DNA of 50,936 nt from an uncultured Saprospiraceae bacterium (GCA_937924145.1 CALDTJ010000110.1:1-50936); one strand, 5' to 3'; counted from the stretch's first letter, positions 21,001-28,432 are shown. Numbers and translations are program-made. Notes: generated from the sequence alone by a model not told the origin.

Positions 21001-24000
21001 TGATGCACCGACCCTTGGAGTTTCTGCCTCGGGCGCAGCTTGCGATCAAGACAATGGTTCGATTACCGTTTTCGCATCTTTCCCGAATGGTGGCCCACTT
21101 GAATTCCAAATAGTAGATAATGATGAATGGTTCACAGAAAATAGCTTCACAGGTTTAGCGTCAGGTACTTATAACGTTCGGATTAGAACGGCAGACGGTG
21201 GTTGTATCACTTCTTTTGATGGCAATCCAGTGATAATTAATCAAGTGCAAGGCCCAACGATTGACGATGTTTCTGCAAAGAATCCAACGGAATGTAATAC
21301 TGCCACTGGCGAAATTTTATTGACGGCTTCTGGGTCTAATGCCTTGATTTATAGTATTGATGATGGGACCACTTGGAGTCCTTCTCCTTCATTTACGGAT
21401 TTAAATGAGGGTGTTTATGATATTCGCATCGCTTATGCCGATACTTCTTGTTTGACTCCTATTAGAATGGTGGAATTAGTTGCACCAACTGCGCCAAATA
21501 TTCTTGGTGCTACAAAAGAAGATCCTTCTACTTGTGAAAGTACGGACGGTCGAATTTTTGTTTCGGTTGAAAATGGAGCGAGCCAACCATTTGAATATAG
21601 TATTGACGGGACAAATTGGCAAACAGACAGTGTAATAAATAATTTAGCTGCTGGAACCTATGCTGTTTTTGTAAGGTATAGCGACGAATCCTGTGTAACT
21701 GAATTTAATACACCAGTAACATTACAACCGGGTGCTGGACCAAATATCTTATTTGCCTTTGGCGAAGACCCAACGACTTGTGAAAGTATGGACGGTCAGA
21801 TTACCGTTTCAGTAGAGGAAGTGACTGGGAGAGCATTTGAGTACAGTTTAGATGGCATTGACTGGCAGGCAGAGCATGTATTCGATAGTTTAGCTGCTGG
21901 CCAATACGATATTTTTGTTAGATACGATGATGGTACTTGTGTGACTCAGTGGGATATTCCAGTAGAAATACAACCTGCTGCTGCACCATTTATCAACGAT
22001 GTGGCGAGTATCAATCCAACAGGGTTTGACTTAGCAGATGGAGAGATTTTTATCAATGCTTTTGGCAGTAGCGATATTGAATATAGTATTGACAATGGAG
22101 ATAACTGGCAAACAAATCCAGATTTTGTAGGCTTAGATACAGGTAGTTACACCATTCTAGTTCGATATACTGATGGAAGTTGTGAAACGCCTTATTTAGG
22201 AAATGGCGGTGGTCCAGTTATTCTAAGAGTAGGAGATTGCTTGAGATTTATTGAAGTCATTGGAAATAATCCACAAGGTTGTGGATCGAATGATGGAAGT
22301 ATTTTCACTATCGTAGAACCATTTGGTAATGTTGAATACAGCATCAATAATGGAGCAGATTGGCAAGATTTTGAAGTTTTTGAAAATCTCGGCGCAGGGA
22401 CTTACAACATTTTAGCTCGTCGAACGGATATTGCTTGTCAAATTGATACCACCATTACGTTAGGAGAAGGCGAAGATTTAGAGATATTTAGTGTAGACGC
22501 TATTGACAAAGATCTTTGTAATAATTTCGGTGGGGAGATTTTTATTAATACCAATATTTTTAATAATATCGAATTTAGTATCGACAATGGAGCGAATTGG
22601 CAAGCCAATAATTTATTTAGTAATGTAGATACTGGCACTTACACCATTTTGGCAAGAAGCCTAGATTTAATTTGTCAAGCAACTTGGGATCAACCTGTCG
22701 TGGTTCGACCAGTACCAACTGCGGATATTACAAATGTTTTGGTTGGAAACCCAACGAGTTGTGGCAATTTAGACGGTTCCATTATTATAGAAACAAACTT
22801 TGGTTTTAATACTGAATATAGTATTGATAATGGCGCAACTTGGCGTTTTGATAATCAATTTTTGAACCTACCTTCTGGGAATTATACTGTAAAAATAAGA
22901 ACGGGAAGTTGTGAAGTAGACTACGTCAATAACCCAGTTAATTTGGGTGCAGCGAATGGTTTTACCGTGGTAGATCCTATTCCAAACGCAGCGACTTGTA
23001 CTGGCACTTTGATGTCATTGTCCGTTACCTTAAGTGATAATATTAGTAGTTGGTTGGTCAATAATGGAAGCATTACTAACCCTAATATAAATGGCGCTAC
23101 GCTAACTTTTGACGCCGTAGTCGAAGGTTTATTTAATGAATATGAGTTAACCTTCACAAATTCAATAGGTTGTGAAGTGACTGAATCCTTTGTTATTTTC
23201 CAAGCGGATGATACCGAAGCAGACTTCGTAGTGATTGAGCCTTACTGTAAAGAAATGGAAGTTTCGCTTCTATTTACAGGTACAGCAACACCGATGGCGA
23301 ACCTAATTTGGGAAGTTGATGGCGGTGTACTAGTTTCTAGTTCACCTGCTACTGATACGGAACCAGCAGGCAACGAAATCGTCGTTCGGTGGGACAACGA
23401 AGGTAGTCGATTAATCAAATTAACGGTTGATGATGGTGGCTGCATAGACGACGAATACGAAAGTATTTTTGTCAGAAAATTACCACTAGCCAATGCTGGT
23501 GAAGATGTGTCCATCTGTATGAGTAATTGTACGCAATTGGAAGGAACTGGAACGGGTGTTTGGTACTCATGGAGTCCTGCAACGGGACTAAGTTCGCCAG
23601 ATGTACAAAATCCAATCGCTTGTCCAACCGAAACAACGACTTATACCTTGACGGTCATGAGTGCGGACGGTTGTGTATCGACGGATGAAGTAACGGTCAA
23701 TGTAGAAACGAATTTCATTACGACAGGCCCAGATGTTACGATTTGTGAAGGCGAATCGGCAAATTTAAGTGTGACAGGTGCGAACAATTATACTTGGACT
23801 TCTGCCATGACCTTAGATAATCCAACGTCCCCCAATCCAGTAGCCACACCTGTAGAAACAACGACTTATAGTGTCTTTTCTATGAATGAAAATGGTTGTA
23901 TGGATACGGCAACGGTAACGGTCTTTGTGAATCCATTGCCAGAAGCAGTCGCTTGCGAGGATAAGACGATTTGTAGAGGAGATAGCATTCAATTGATTGT

Positions 24001-27000
24001 GACCACTTTTGCCCAATACAGTTGGAGTCCAACGAATACTTTAATCAATCCAACGAGTGGAACGCCAATCGCATTCCCTACGGAAACAACCACTTATACG
24101 GTAACTGTTACCGATGAATTTGGCTGTACAGATACAGACGAAGTAGTCGTATTTGTGAATACACCACCAACGGTTACAGCAAGTGCGGATGTGGATATTT
24201 GTGCGGGTGCATCCACGAGATTAAATGCGTCGGGTGCTAATGCCTATGTTTGGTCACCAATCGTAGGATTAAGTAATCCAAACTTATCCAATCCAATTGC
24301 AACGCCTTTAGTTACAACGACTTATACGGTAACTGGAACAGATGCCAACGGCTGTACGCACACGGATCAAGTGACCGTAAATGTGGTAGAAAACGCTGGC
24401 ATCTCAGCAGGTTTGCCAACTACAATCTGCGAAGGCGAAACGACTCAATTAGTAGCAACAGGTGGCACAAATTACCAATGGTCACCAGCAACGGGCTTAA
24501 ATAGCACCAACATCGCTAACCCAATAGCTAATCCGACGGTAACGACGACTTACACTTTGACGGGTGTCAGTGCCAATGGTTGTCCATCTATTTCTACCTT
24601 AACGGTTACGGTTTTACCAAAACCAGAACCAGTGGCTTGTGAGGATAAAATGATTTGTCTAGGCGATAGCATCCAATTGATTGTGACCACTTTTGCCCAA
24701 TACAGTTGGAGTCCAACAAATTCTCTAATTAATCCAACGAGTGGAACACCAACCGCTTTTCCAACAGAAACAACTACTTATACGGTTACTGTGACGGACG
24801 AAAATGGCTGTACCAATACTGACGAAGTTACTGTCTTTGTAAATAATCAGAGTGCAATTGCTTTAGGTCCAGATATTACCCTTTGTGAAGGTGGTCCAGT
24901 ACCACTAGATGCAGGTACAGGTATTGCCTACGAATGGATTCCAAGCACTGGTTTGAGTGATCCAACGATTAGAAATCCGATTGCTACTGTAAATAGCACG
25001 ATTACTTATACAGTTTTAGTGACGAACCAGAGTGGTTGTATTGGTAGAGATGAAATCACGATTACCGTGAATGGTGCGCCGAATGCAGATGCTGGCCCTC
25101 CAGTGGTAATCTGCCCAGGCGAAACGGGTCAATTACAGGCATCAGGCGGAGTGAGTTACCAATGGAGTCCAACGGATGGATTGAGTAATCCAAATATCGC
25201 AAATCCATTTGTTACCACTGACCGAGTAACGACTTATCAAGTGACTGTGACCGATGAATTTGGTTGTACCTCAACGGATGAAACTTTAGTAGCAGTCTCT
25301 TTACCATTAATGATAGATCCTGTGATTACCGATGCCACTTGTTGTGGAACGGGCGGTATGGCAGCATTGAACGTTTCAGGTGGTTTTGGTAATGCAACTT
25401 TTGAGTGGTCGCCCAATGTATCGACTACCAATAGTGCGACTAACCTAACCCCAGGTTTTTATAAAGTGGTCATCGAAGATGCTGAAAGATGTGGATTAGT
25501 TTTCACTTTTGAAATAAAAGAAGATTGCAACGGTTGTCCAGATATGTTCGCTGAAAATGAGCGATGTATCAACGATACGTCCAATACAGAAAGAATCTGT
25601 TTACCAATCGCTTTAGAAGATATTGGTAATTACGAAATATTAGTTGATGGAAATGATTACAATCCAGATCACGGTTGTGATTTTGAGAACTTGACCGCTT
25701 ATTCTTATGCCTTGGTAGAAGGGCAGGGGACAACGGGCATGTACAGAGTCGAAAACTGGGAAGTCAATGGTCAAATGTACGCAACGGAAGTAGAAACCAT
25801 GCAAGAATTGACCAATTGGATGAATACCGTAGACCCTACTGGAAACTGGATCAATAACTCCTCAATTGTAACGATTATTGGTGGAAACCCTAATAACGCT
25901 TACGGTACGATGAAGGTGATTCAATTAACCAAATGGGTAGAAACGATGCTTCAACCTGATGTAACAGGCGTGGCGACGAGTACGGTTCTAGAAATAGATG
26001 TAACTGGTTTGACAGACCCGAGAACAATCATTATTACCAATGAATTGACTTGTTGTTCAGATACCATTATCCTAAGACGATGTGGTCAGGCACAACCTTG
26101 TGTAGAAGAAGTCATTGCCCAAAATCAATTTAATGAAAGTATTACTTGTGGCGAAACGGCTAGTATTTGTCTAGACATTCCATTCAGCAATATTAACAAC
26201 TTTGAGGTAGTGGCAAATGACAATCTTTATGCAGGAGAAATCAAGGCTTGTAATTTCGATTCGATGTTTGCCTACACTTACTTCACTTTACCGGGAAGAG
26301 GTGCGGCTGGCCCTTATCGAATTAACTCCTGGTTGATTGATGGACAAATGAATTCAGGGATGTTTAACGACCTCGGTGATTTTGTCGCATTGATGAATCA
26401 AATAGACCCATCAGGAAATTGGATTTTAGATGAATCAACTTTGACCCTGCAAGGTGGAAAATCTACTACCGACTACGGTGAAATCAAAATCGAACAAATC
26501 GCTACGGGTTCTATTGCCACTTTAGAAATCAATTCTAACCTCATTCCAATGGGCACGGAATTGACTTTCACAAATGGCAATTACGAAGTATTATTCATTA
26601 ATAAAAATACAGGTTGTCAAGATCGGATTTTAGTCAATGTGTCTTGTGATGATACCCAAACGCCAATTGATACTACGATGAATCCTGTGGATACGATGAT
26701 TACGCCAATTGACACGACGACGAATCCTGTAGATACGATGGTCACGCCAATTGACACGACGATGAATCCTGTGGATACGATGGTCACGCCAGTAGATACC
26801 ATGACGAATCCTGTGGACACGATGGTTACGCCAGTTGATACCACGACGAATCCTGTGGACACGATGGTCACGCCAGTTGATACTACGATGAACCCTGTGG
26901 ATACGATGACTGAAATATCTTGTGATTTCCTCACCGATGATGTCTTATTTGCTACGGTGAATCGCTGTGACTCGATGGTTCAGTTCTGTTTAGATATTCC

Positions 27001-27991
27001 TTATGCGACGATCAATGATTATCGAATTTATATTGATGGACAAGTTTATGGCGGTGCTTTAAGTAGTTGTGGTACAAATACTTATGTAGAAGTAGGAGTA
27101 GGCGGCTATAATTTCAAATTTGAAAATCTAGTAACCAATTGCCAAGATAGCATCATCCTAGCTGTCACCTGCGCTACGAACGCAAGAGAAGAAATAATTG
27201 AATTGGTAGAAGGCGATACGATGATCTATTGTCCTCAATCGGAGAATCTAGTCGGAGATATTATTTCCATCGAAAATACTTGTCCAGCCGAGTCGGGTAC
27301 GATTGCTACTGTCGAATTAGATACCGAAGATTTCTGTGTGAATGTAGTTGGTTTAGTGGAAGGAGAGGAAAGTGCTTGTTTTGTAGTCTGTGATGCCAAT
27401 GGCGTTTGTGATACGACCAATGTAACGATTCTAGTAACGCCAAAATCGGTAGAAACGCCTATAGCCAACTTAGATATCGATACAACGGAGCAATTCTCTC
27501 CAATCACAATAGATGTCTTAGCCAATGACAGCATTTTTGGAACATTGGAAAATATGGAAATCCTAGAAAAACCACAAAATGGTACAGCAGTCTTCAATGC
27601 GGACAATACCATTACCTATACGCCAGACGAAACGTTCTGTAATTCAGTAGCACCAGATTTCATCATGTATGGCATTTGTAATGAAAATGGCTGTGATACC
27701 GCTATGGTAGAAATTTTAGTTCCATGTACGACCTTAGAAATCATGAACGGATTTTCTCCAAACAATGATGGCATCAACGACTTCTTCACCGTCAAAGGCA
27801 TTGAAGCATTCCCAGAAAATGAAGTGCAAATCTTTAACCGTTGGGGAACACTAGTCTTCAAACAACAAGGCTACAAGAACAGATGGGATGGTACTTTTGA
27901 TAATCAACTCTTGCCAGATGGTACGTACTTCTACTTAATTACGGTAGGCGAAGGAGAGAAATATTCTGGCTTTGTTCAGATTAATAGATAA
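12086..27991 (+). CDS. Giant (5301 aa) mosaic cell-surface protein with a T9SS type-B (gliding-motility-associated) C-terminal sorting domain; SprB-like adhesin class
   Basis: A single uninterrupted ORF in the track. It has a signal peptide (MPNNYWFKTLFFLLATFIVGKVDAQ) and about 21 SprB-like ~80-aa repeats of the form C..DG.I.....GG.....Y.YSID.G..W......F..L..G.Y...V.....C. It also has 7 copies of a ~155-aa module, an Asp-rich TSP3-like segment, a PKD domain, and 10 repeats of ~72-76 aa (C.G....L.A.G...Y.WSP..GLS....NPIA.P..TTTY.VT...GC). Near the C-terminus are two full copies plus a truncated third copy of a ~180-aa Cys-rich module and a 14-aa x6 linker. The C-terminus NGFSPNNDGINDFFTVKGIEAFPENEVQIFNRWGTLVFKQQGYKNRWDGTFDNQLLPDGTYFYLITVGEGEKYSGFVQINR is typical of the CHU_C / type-B CTD. 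Confidence 0.9.
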   Translation: MPNNYWFKTLFFLLATFIVGKVDAQVKFKVALSPDSTFYQVSLLSEIGPFFASSQNFVPTATVTLIAPTGELTPASIANQKGIWSGPDTYINPVGGLDQDYFVFSLNGAVNDIVFTPGLEVDLFTFTNSGNCAGAVELMDNDNDPFREQDPTANVGNHITVFGNGQGNSYGGIHDPRSANCMGFPPCNLTIGSVTKTDILTCGADDGSITINATNGTGTLEYSINNGLNWFTTNTFNNLAIGNYTIIVKDDNCEQTYDTNPVTILEPNIAVTLTDSLPPSCNSSLDGQITVAASGGVAPYEYSINNGANWTTNGAFTSLGNGIFNIKARNVDSTCETSYPNAVVFSTQGINLTLVKTDISCTNGTNGTISITAEGGMGSFQYSIDNGVTWLASANFTDLAAGNYMVLARNSNGTCEVAFEGNPVVISESALNFTVTPTDPDCNGVADGTISIDLTGETSSFEYTIDDGTNWVTNATFSNLDIGAYTIKVRKVGGTCETAFSNNPVVLDRQMINISVSTFAGGCDDGMTNSITVAASGGNASFQYSKDDGATWQNSNIFNSLANGDYTIKVRTTDLSCETAFVNNPVSFASSAINVGVSSSPPACHDLSNGSITVTANGGTGSFIYSIDGGANYSNLTNFTGLANGNYNIFVKNADGTCETEYPNNPIQFNTTAISFSVSENQASCLAATDGSISMLGNGGSGSYEYSIDSGMTWSAVATQQNLAADLYYVFIRSDNQNCELEFANNPIDLRPDALTISIVSNTPPSCETGNDGSLVLAAAGGGSTNYQYSIDDGATYSGMSTFQNLSTGDYNLKAKIAGTDCEVTYVNNPVRVENFSCEPPPPVDSCFLRYVLTENEGVYTISLATDTTWLGFSATTSNAQVSIRVPTGGFSIANFTNKIGGVQFGPAGFSINPSEATGFDFFTFNLQATTISIPYIKGDTVELFSFENSGTCTGGEMYLIGDEGVSDPGVANTNFESQITVAGWGGPDAPICNSSDPVEVCLPPPPCVAEFVLAENNGTFTVGMIPDTTWAAPLNTVNSAQITLRMPAKGYQIENFQNANSQVQFEVTSRLNSPAVDVGYDYLSVTLNSFGTTNIPFSKGVKTDLFSFEINGGCSTDSIALVGDGSLFDFPNDEDDNVTAQMTVAGWGGPDLPVCVQSAPMPICTLGIDGVTVTDVTFCGASDGTITITATCAGDHTRYSVDNGRSYHANRTFTNLSAGNYFIRLYNDSTDCEVIYNANPVVVNDGAAINFTATAIAPTCADSSNGSITIVASNGSGNFQYSIDDGRMWSTTATFTGLINGNYNLKVSNLDTTCITTYDTTFLTISSLPCDFDSDNDGTPDLAEDLNMDGNLDNDNTDGDEFPNYLDDDDDNDGILTALEEAGPNDGDANGDGQPDCLQANVATTQDDGGAFRTLEVSGDGATCDRIMDFIIHSEGDMSENDPNYDFPFQLNAFTIPCGGTVNVQLFYHNVTNLADFTYRKFGPMTPGGATSEWYDFPVTISQVAIGGNTIGSVAFQLTDGQRGDATIVDNMIVDPGGIAMDVNAGADCAIRYNLVKTGEIYEVSLTSDTTISPNNINDLAITLRAPTGILTVGNIVNASANVLFELDTTYTAPTESPNYDYLVFKLSPASANTTNIDIFQDNTESLFSFENVGACSNDSLFLVGMGADFTAPTINGQDISSSININGWNAPTCVSNAGGALCLPAPRDTVLVDLFAGLPTTICLDSEIQLPNGVGNTSVLFQGTAVTAATSNSDSCVLFMPQSTFTGTDFVTVVFCDNVNSSICDTTTFNITVAAQPTCLINYFVEDSLGKYKFKMVSDTTWNMPQNEVISAQFTIRTPTGSFEMTNLQNGIGVVDFDLQTTTSQGGYDYLNIVLQTVNTLDIPFIKGDTICLFSFENGGACTNDSLYLIGQGSPVSAPTVGDEPIFSKMAVQGWGGGTTSVPACVMGTGVPICPITAPETQTINLTLNQDETVAVCIDSVLQLLNNVGTVTICDQGTNISVAVTNNDSCVNITTASDFVGTETLCVVHCDAFETGHCDTTYFMVTVIEPTPEPVTCLYEYIIEESNGVHTVRLAVDSTIAAPFNATSSMLVAIRVPTTGFNVPTDSITSLLPGAIFENTSNGVFMDNEEPDFGYIYFDINGAVSPNYQQGDTLDLFSFRVEGCIGGDIHLVGTGANFANPMVNGEEITSYLAIGAFLADGGAPSCVNPVGTTICTPVVPPTPAPQDTLQFVLDFETAATVCIDSAIQLLTNVGTASICGQGTNITVGVTNGDSCITLTPATNFSGTEMLCVVHCDAGTPDYCDTTILMVTVNPNDGTPPPQPPSEDTTCHITFELELVDGTYTVSFTPDTTIRNVIPVIPNPFTNLMEITLRAPTGKLNIVNQVDFGTGREFVLKRFIINPSESLGYDYFTFGLNENNSTTVDISYVQGIKTELFTFQNFNCALDSIALVGKGSPFTTPLISDENIESVAQVNSANLIVCVSPDAITPPALAFSSTNTAPTAGVCNDGTITITATGGTGIYDYSIDGGSTWQFNGNFSNLENGTYQTLVRSSDSLCIGTAQSVTLNTADCGQVGPVCNVVLTSIDTVNATCSQPDGRITINATGDNLEYSINTGATFQNSNIFENVTGGIYNIVVRDSVETTCEVNQTITLNGTQLPDIQNVIISDSAEFANGAGIITIFATANCEVQYSIDNGQTFFPGNSFTTLGVGTYNIVVTDCSGLCPINYLSNPIIIEEPPVCTVNAGADRTICAGAAIALSATGTGSTFSWAPTDGLSCTDCPNPIANPMTTTTYVVTNNDGNCTATDTIIVNVAPAITADFVFMTSCTDLSVVFTDSSASTANITAWSWDFGDGSALNTEQNPNYTYLASGSYTVSLTTTIEGDCENTIFKTVEVGNGLMGTISDDLSICTGDCTTLMASGGTNYAWAASPDLSALDIPNPIACPTQTTTYYVTISDDNGCSTMDSVTITIDAPTLGVSASGAACDQDNGSITVFASFPNGGPLEFQIVDNDEWFTENSFTGLASGTYNVRIRTADGGCITSFDGNPVIINQVQGPTIDDVSAKNPTECNTATGEILLTASGSNALIYSIDDGTTWSPSPSFTDLNEGVYDIRIAYADTSCLTPIRMVELVAPTAPNILGATKEDPSTCESTDGRIFVSVENGASQPFEYSIDGTNWQTDSVINNLAAGTYAVFVRYSDESCVTEFNTPVTLQPGAGPNILFAFGEDPTTCESMDGQITVSVEEVTGRAFEYSLDGIDWQAEHVFDSLAAGQYDIFVRYDDGTCVTQWDIPVEIQPAAAPFINDVASINPTGFDLADGEIFINAFGSSDIEYSIDNGDNWQTNPDFVGLDTGSYTILVRYTDGSCETPYLGNGGGPVILRVGDCLRFIEVIGNNPQGCGSNDGSIFTIVEPFGNVEYSINNGADWQDFEVFENLGAGTYNILARRTDIACQIDTTITLGEGEDLEIFSVDAIDKDLCNNFGGEIFINTNIFNNIEFSIDNGANWQANNLFSNVDTGTYTILARSLDLICQATWDQPVVVRPVPTADITNVLVGNPTSCGNLDGSIIIETNFGFNTEYSIDNGATWRFDNQFLNLPSGNYTVKIRTGSCEVDYVNNPVNLGAANGFTVVDPIPNAATCTGTLMSLSVTLSDNISSWLVNNGSITNPNINGATLTFDAVVEGLFNEYELTFTNSIGCEVTESFVIFQADDTEADFVVIEPYCKEMEVSLLFTGTATPMANLIWEVDGGVLVSSSPATDTEPAGNEIVVRWDNEGSRLIKLTVDDGGCIDDEYESIFVRKLPLANAGEDVSICMSNCTQLEGTGTGVWYSWSPATGLSSPDVQNPIACPTETTTYTLTVMSADGCVSTDEVTVNVETNFITTGPDVTICEGESANLSVTGANNYTWTSAMTLDNPTSPNPVATPVETTTYSVFSMNENGCMDTATVTVFVNPLPEAVACEDKTICRGDSIQLIVTTFAQYSWSPTNTLINPTSGTPIAFPTETTTYTVTVTDEFGCTDTDEVVVFVNTPPTVTASADVDICAGASTRLNASGANAYVWSPIVGLSNPNLSNPIATPLVTTTYTVTGTDANGCTHTDQVTVNVVENAGISAGLPTTICEGETTQLVATGGTNYQWSPATGLNSTNIANPIANPTVTTTYTLTGVSANGCPSISTLTVTVLPKPEPVACEDKMICLGDSIQLIVTTFAQYSWSPTNSLINPTSGTPTAFPTETTTYTVTVTDENGCTNTDEVTVFVNNQSAIALGPDITLCEGGPVPLDAGTGIAYEWIPSTGLSDPTIRNPIATVNSTITYTVLVTNQSGCIGRDEITITVNGAPNADAGPPVVICPGETGQLQASGGVSYQWSPTDGLSNPNIANPFVTTDRVTTYQVTVTDEFGCTSTDETLVAVSLPLMIDPVITDATCCGTGGMAALNVSGGFGNATFEWSPNVSTTNSATNLTPGFYKVVIEDAERCGLVFTFEIKEDCNGCPDMFAENERCINDTSNTERICLPIALEDIGNYEILVDGNDYNPDHGCDFENLTAYSYALVEGQGTTGMYRVENWEVNGQMYATEVETMQELTNWMNTVDPTGNWINNSSIVTIIGGNPNNAYGTMKVIQLTKWVETMLQPDVTGVATSTVLEIDVTGLTDPRTIIITNELTCCSDTIILRRCGQAQPCVEEVIAQNQFNESITCGETASICLDIPFSNINNFEVVANDNLYAGEIKACNFDSMFAYTYFTLPGRGAAGPYRINSWLIDGQMNSGMFNDLGDFVALMNQIDPSGNWILDESTLTLQGGKSTTDYGEIKIEQIATGSIATLEINSNLIPMGTELTFTNGNYEVLFINKNTGCQDRILVNVSCDDTQTPIDTTMNPVDTMITPIDTTTNPVDTMVTPIDTTMNPVDTMVTPVDTMTNPVDTMVTPVDTTTNPVDTMVTPVDTTMNPVDTMTEISCDFLTDDVLFATVNRCDSMVQFCLDIPYATINDYRIYIDGQVYGGALSSCGTNTYVEVGVGGYNFKFENLVTNCQDSIILAVTCATNAREEIIELVEGDTMIYCPQSENLVGDIISIENTCPAESGTIATVELDTEDFCVNVVGLVEGEESACFVVCDANGVCDTTNVTILVTPKSVETPIANLDIDTTEQFSPITIDVLANDSIFGTLENMEILEKPQNGTAVFNADNTITYTPDETFCNSVAPDFIMYGICNENGCDTAMVEILVPCTTLEIMNGFSPNNDGINDFFTVKGIEAFPENEVQIFNRWGTLVFKQQGYKNRWDGTFDNQLLPDGTYFYLITVGEGEKYSGFVQINR
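16076..16279 (+). other. Asp-rich calcium-binding (thrombospondin type-3-like) segment of the giant protein
   Basis: CDFDSDNDGTPDLAEDLNMDGNLDNDNTDGDEFPNYLDDDDDNDGILTALEEAGPNDGDANGDGQPDC, with reiterated DxDxDG motifs. Confidence 0.65.
20535..20775 (+). other. PKD domain of the giant protein
   Basis: ADFVFMTSCTDLSVVFTDSSASTANITAWSWDFGDGSALNTEQNPNYTYLASGSYTVSLTTTIEGDCENTIFKTVEV, containing the WDFGDG...H/YTY motif. Confidence 0.8.
26660..26911 (+). repeat. In-frame tandem repeat of six 42-bp units (twelve 21-bp half-units) encoding TP(I/V)DT(T/M)x-NPVDTMx
   Basis: Translation: TPIDTTMNPVDTMITPIDTTTNPVDTMVTPIDTTMNPVDTMVTPVDTMTNPVDTMVTPVDTTTNPVDTMVTPVDTTMNPVDTMT. The antisense ORF at 26617-26934 in the track is its mirror image. 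Confidence 0.95.
27733..27988 (+). other. T9SS type-B C-terminal sorting domain of the giant protein
   Basis: The last ~85 aa, from LEIMNGFSPNNDGINDFF to GFVQINR. Confidence 0.85.
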
Positions 27992-28000
27992 TATGGATGC

Positions 28001-28048
28001 GGTGGGCAGTGGGCAGTAAATCAGTAGGCAGTGAGGCAGTGGGCAGTC
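28001..28048. repeat. Degenerate direct reiteration of the word GGCAGT(G/A)
   Basis: ggtgggcagtgggcagtaaatcagtaggcagtgaggcagtgggcagtc. The ggcagt word also appears at 49446-49455 and in the hairpin at 50713-50744. Confidence 0.8.
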
Positions 28049-28184
28049 AACGTCTAAGCACACGACCTATATTGAATGTCCTGTAAGTATGACCTAGGAA
28101 AATCTCCGATAAAATCGGAGTTGTAAACCTGTCATCCTGTATAATCTTGTCATCCTGTAAAATTTAAGGTGTTTTTTGGCAAAT

Positions 28185-28222
28185 GCCCAGTCAGTTTTGG
28201 TGGCTGGGTATTCTTTATTTAT
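28185..28222 (+). terminator. Probable terminator of the giant gene
   Basis: gcccagtca (28185-28193) pairs with tggctgggt (28201-28209; one mismatch), then attctttatttat. A degenerate copy of this hairpin sits at ~29491-29530. Confidence 0.5.
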
Positions 28223-28432
28223 AACTTGCTGATAATTAAACTATTATAGGTTGTAACTGCTTGTTGTGCAATCTTAAAAGATAAGGTCCAATGGTTATTG
28301 AAAGTCTAAAGTATCTGTATTGTTTACAGTCTTGCAATCTTAAGACATTGGTAAGGAACATTAACTCTTTAGAAACAAACAGAAGGAACTACTAATGCAG
28401 AGGTTATAAATAAATACTTAGGAGGTAATATT

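Noticed and set aside
12592-27861. About twenty minus-strand and alternate-frame ORFs of 60-125 aa inside the giant gene, including the 105-aa VSTGF-repeat ORF at 26617-26934
   Set aside because: These are shadow ORFs of a long, repeat-rich coding region. The 26617-26934 ORF is simply the antisense reading of the 42-bp tandem repeat.
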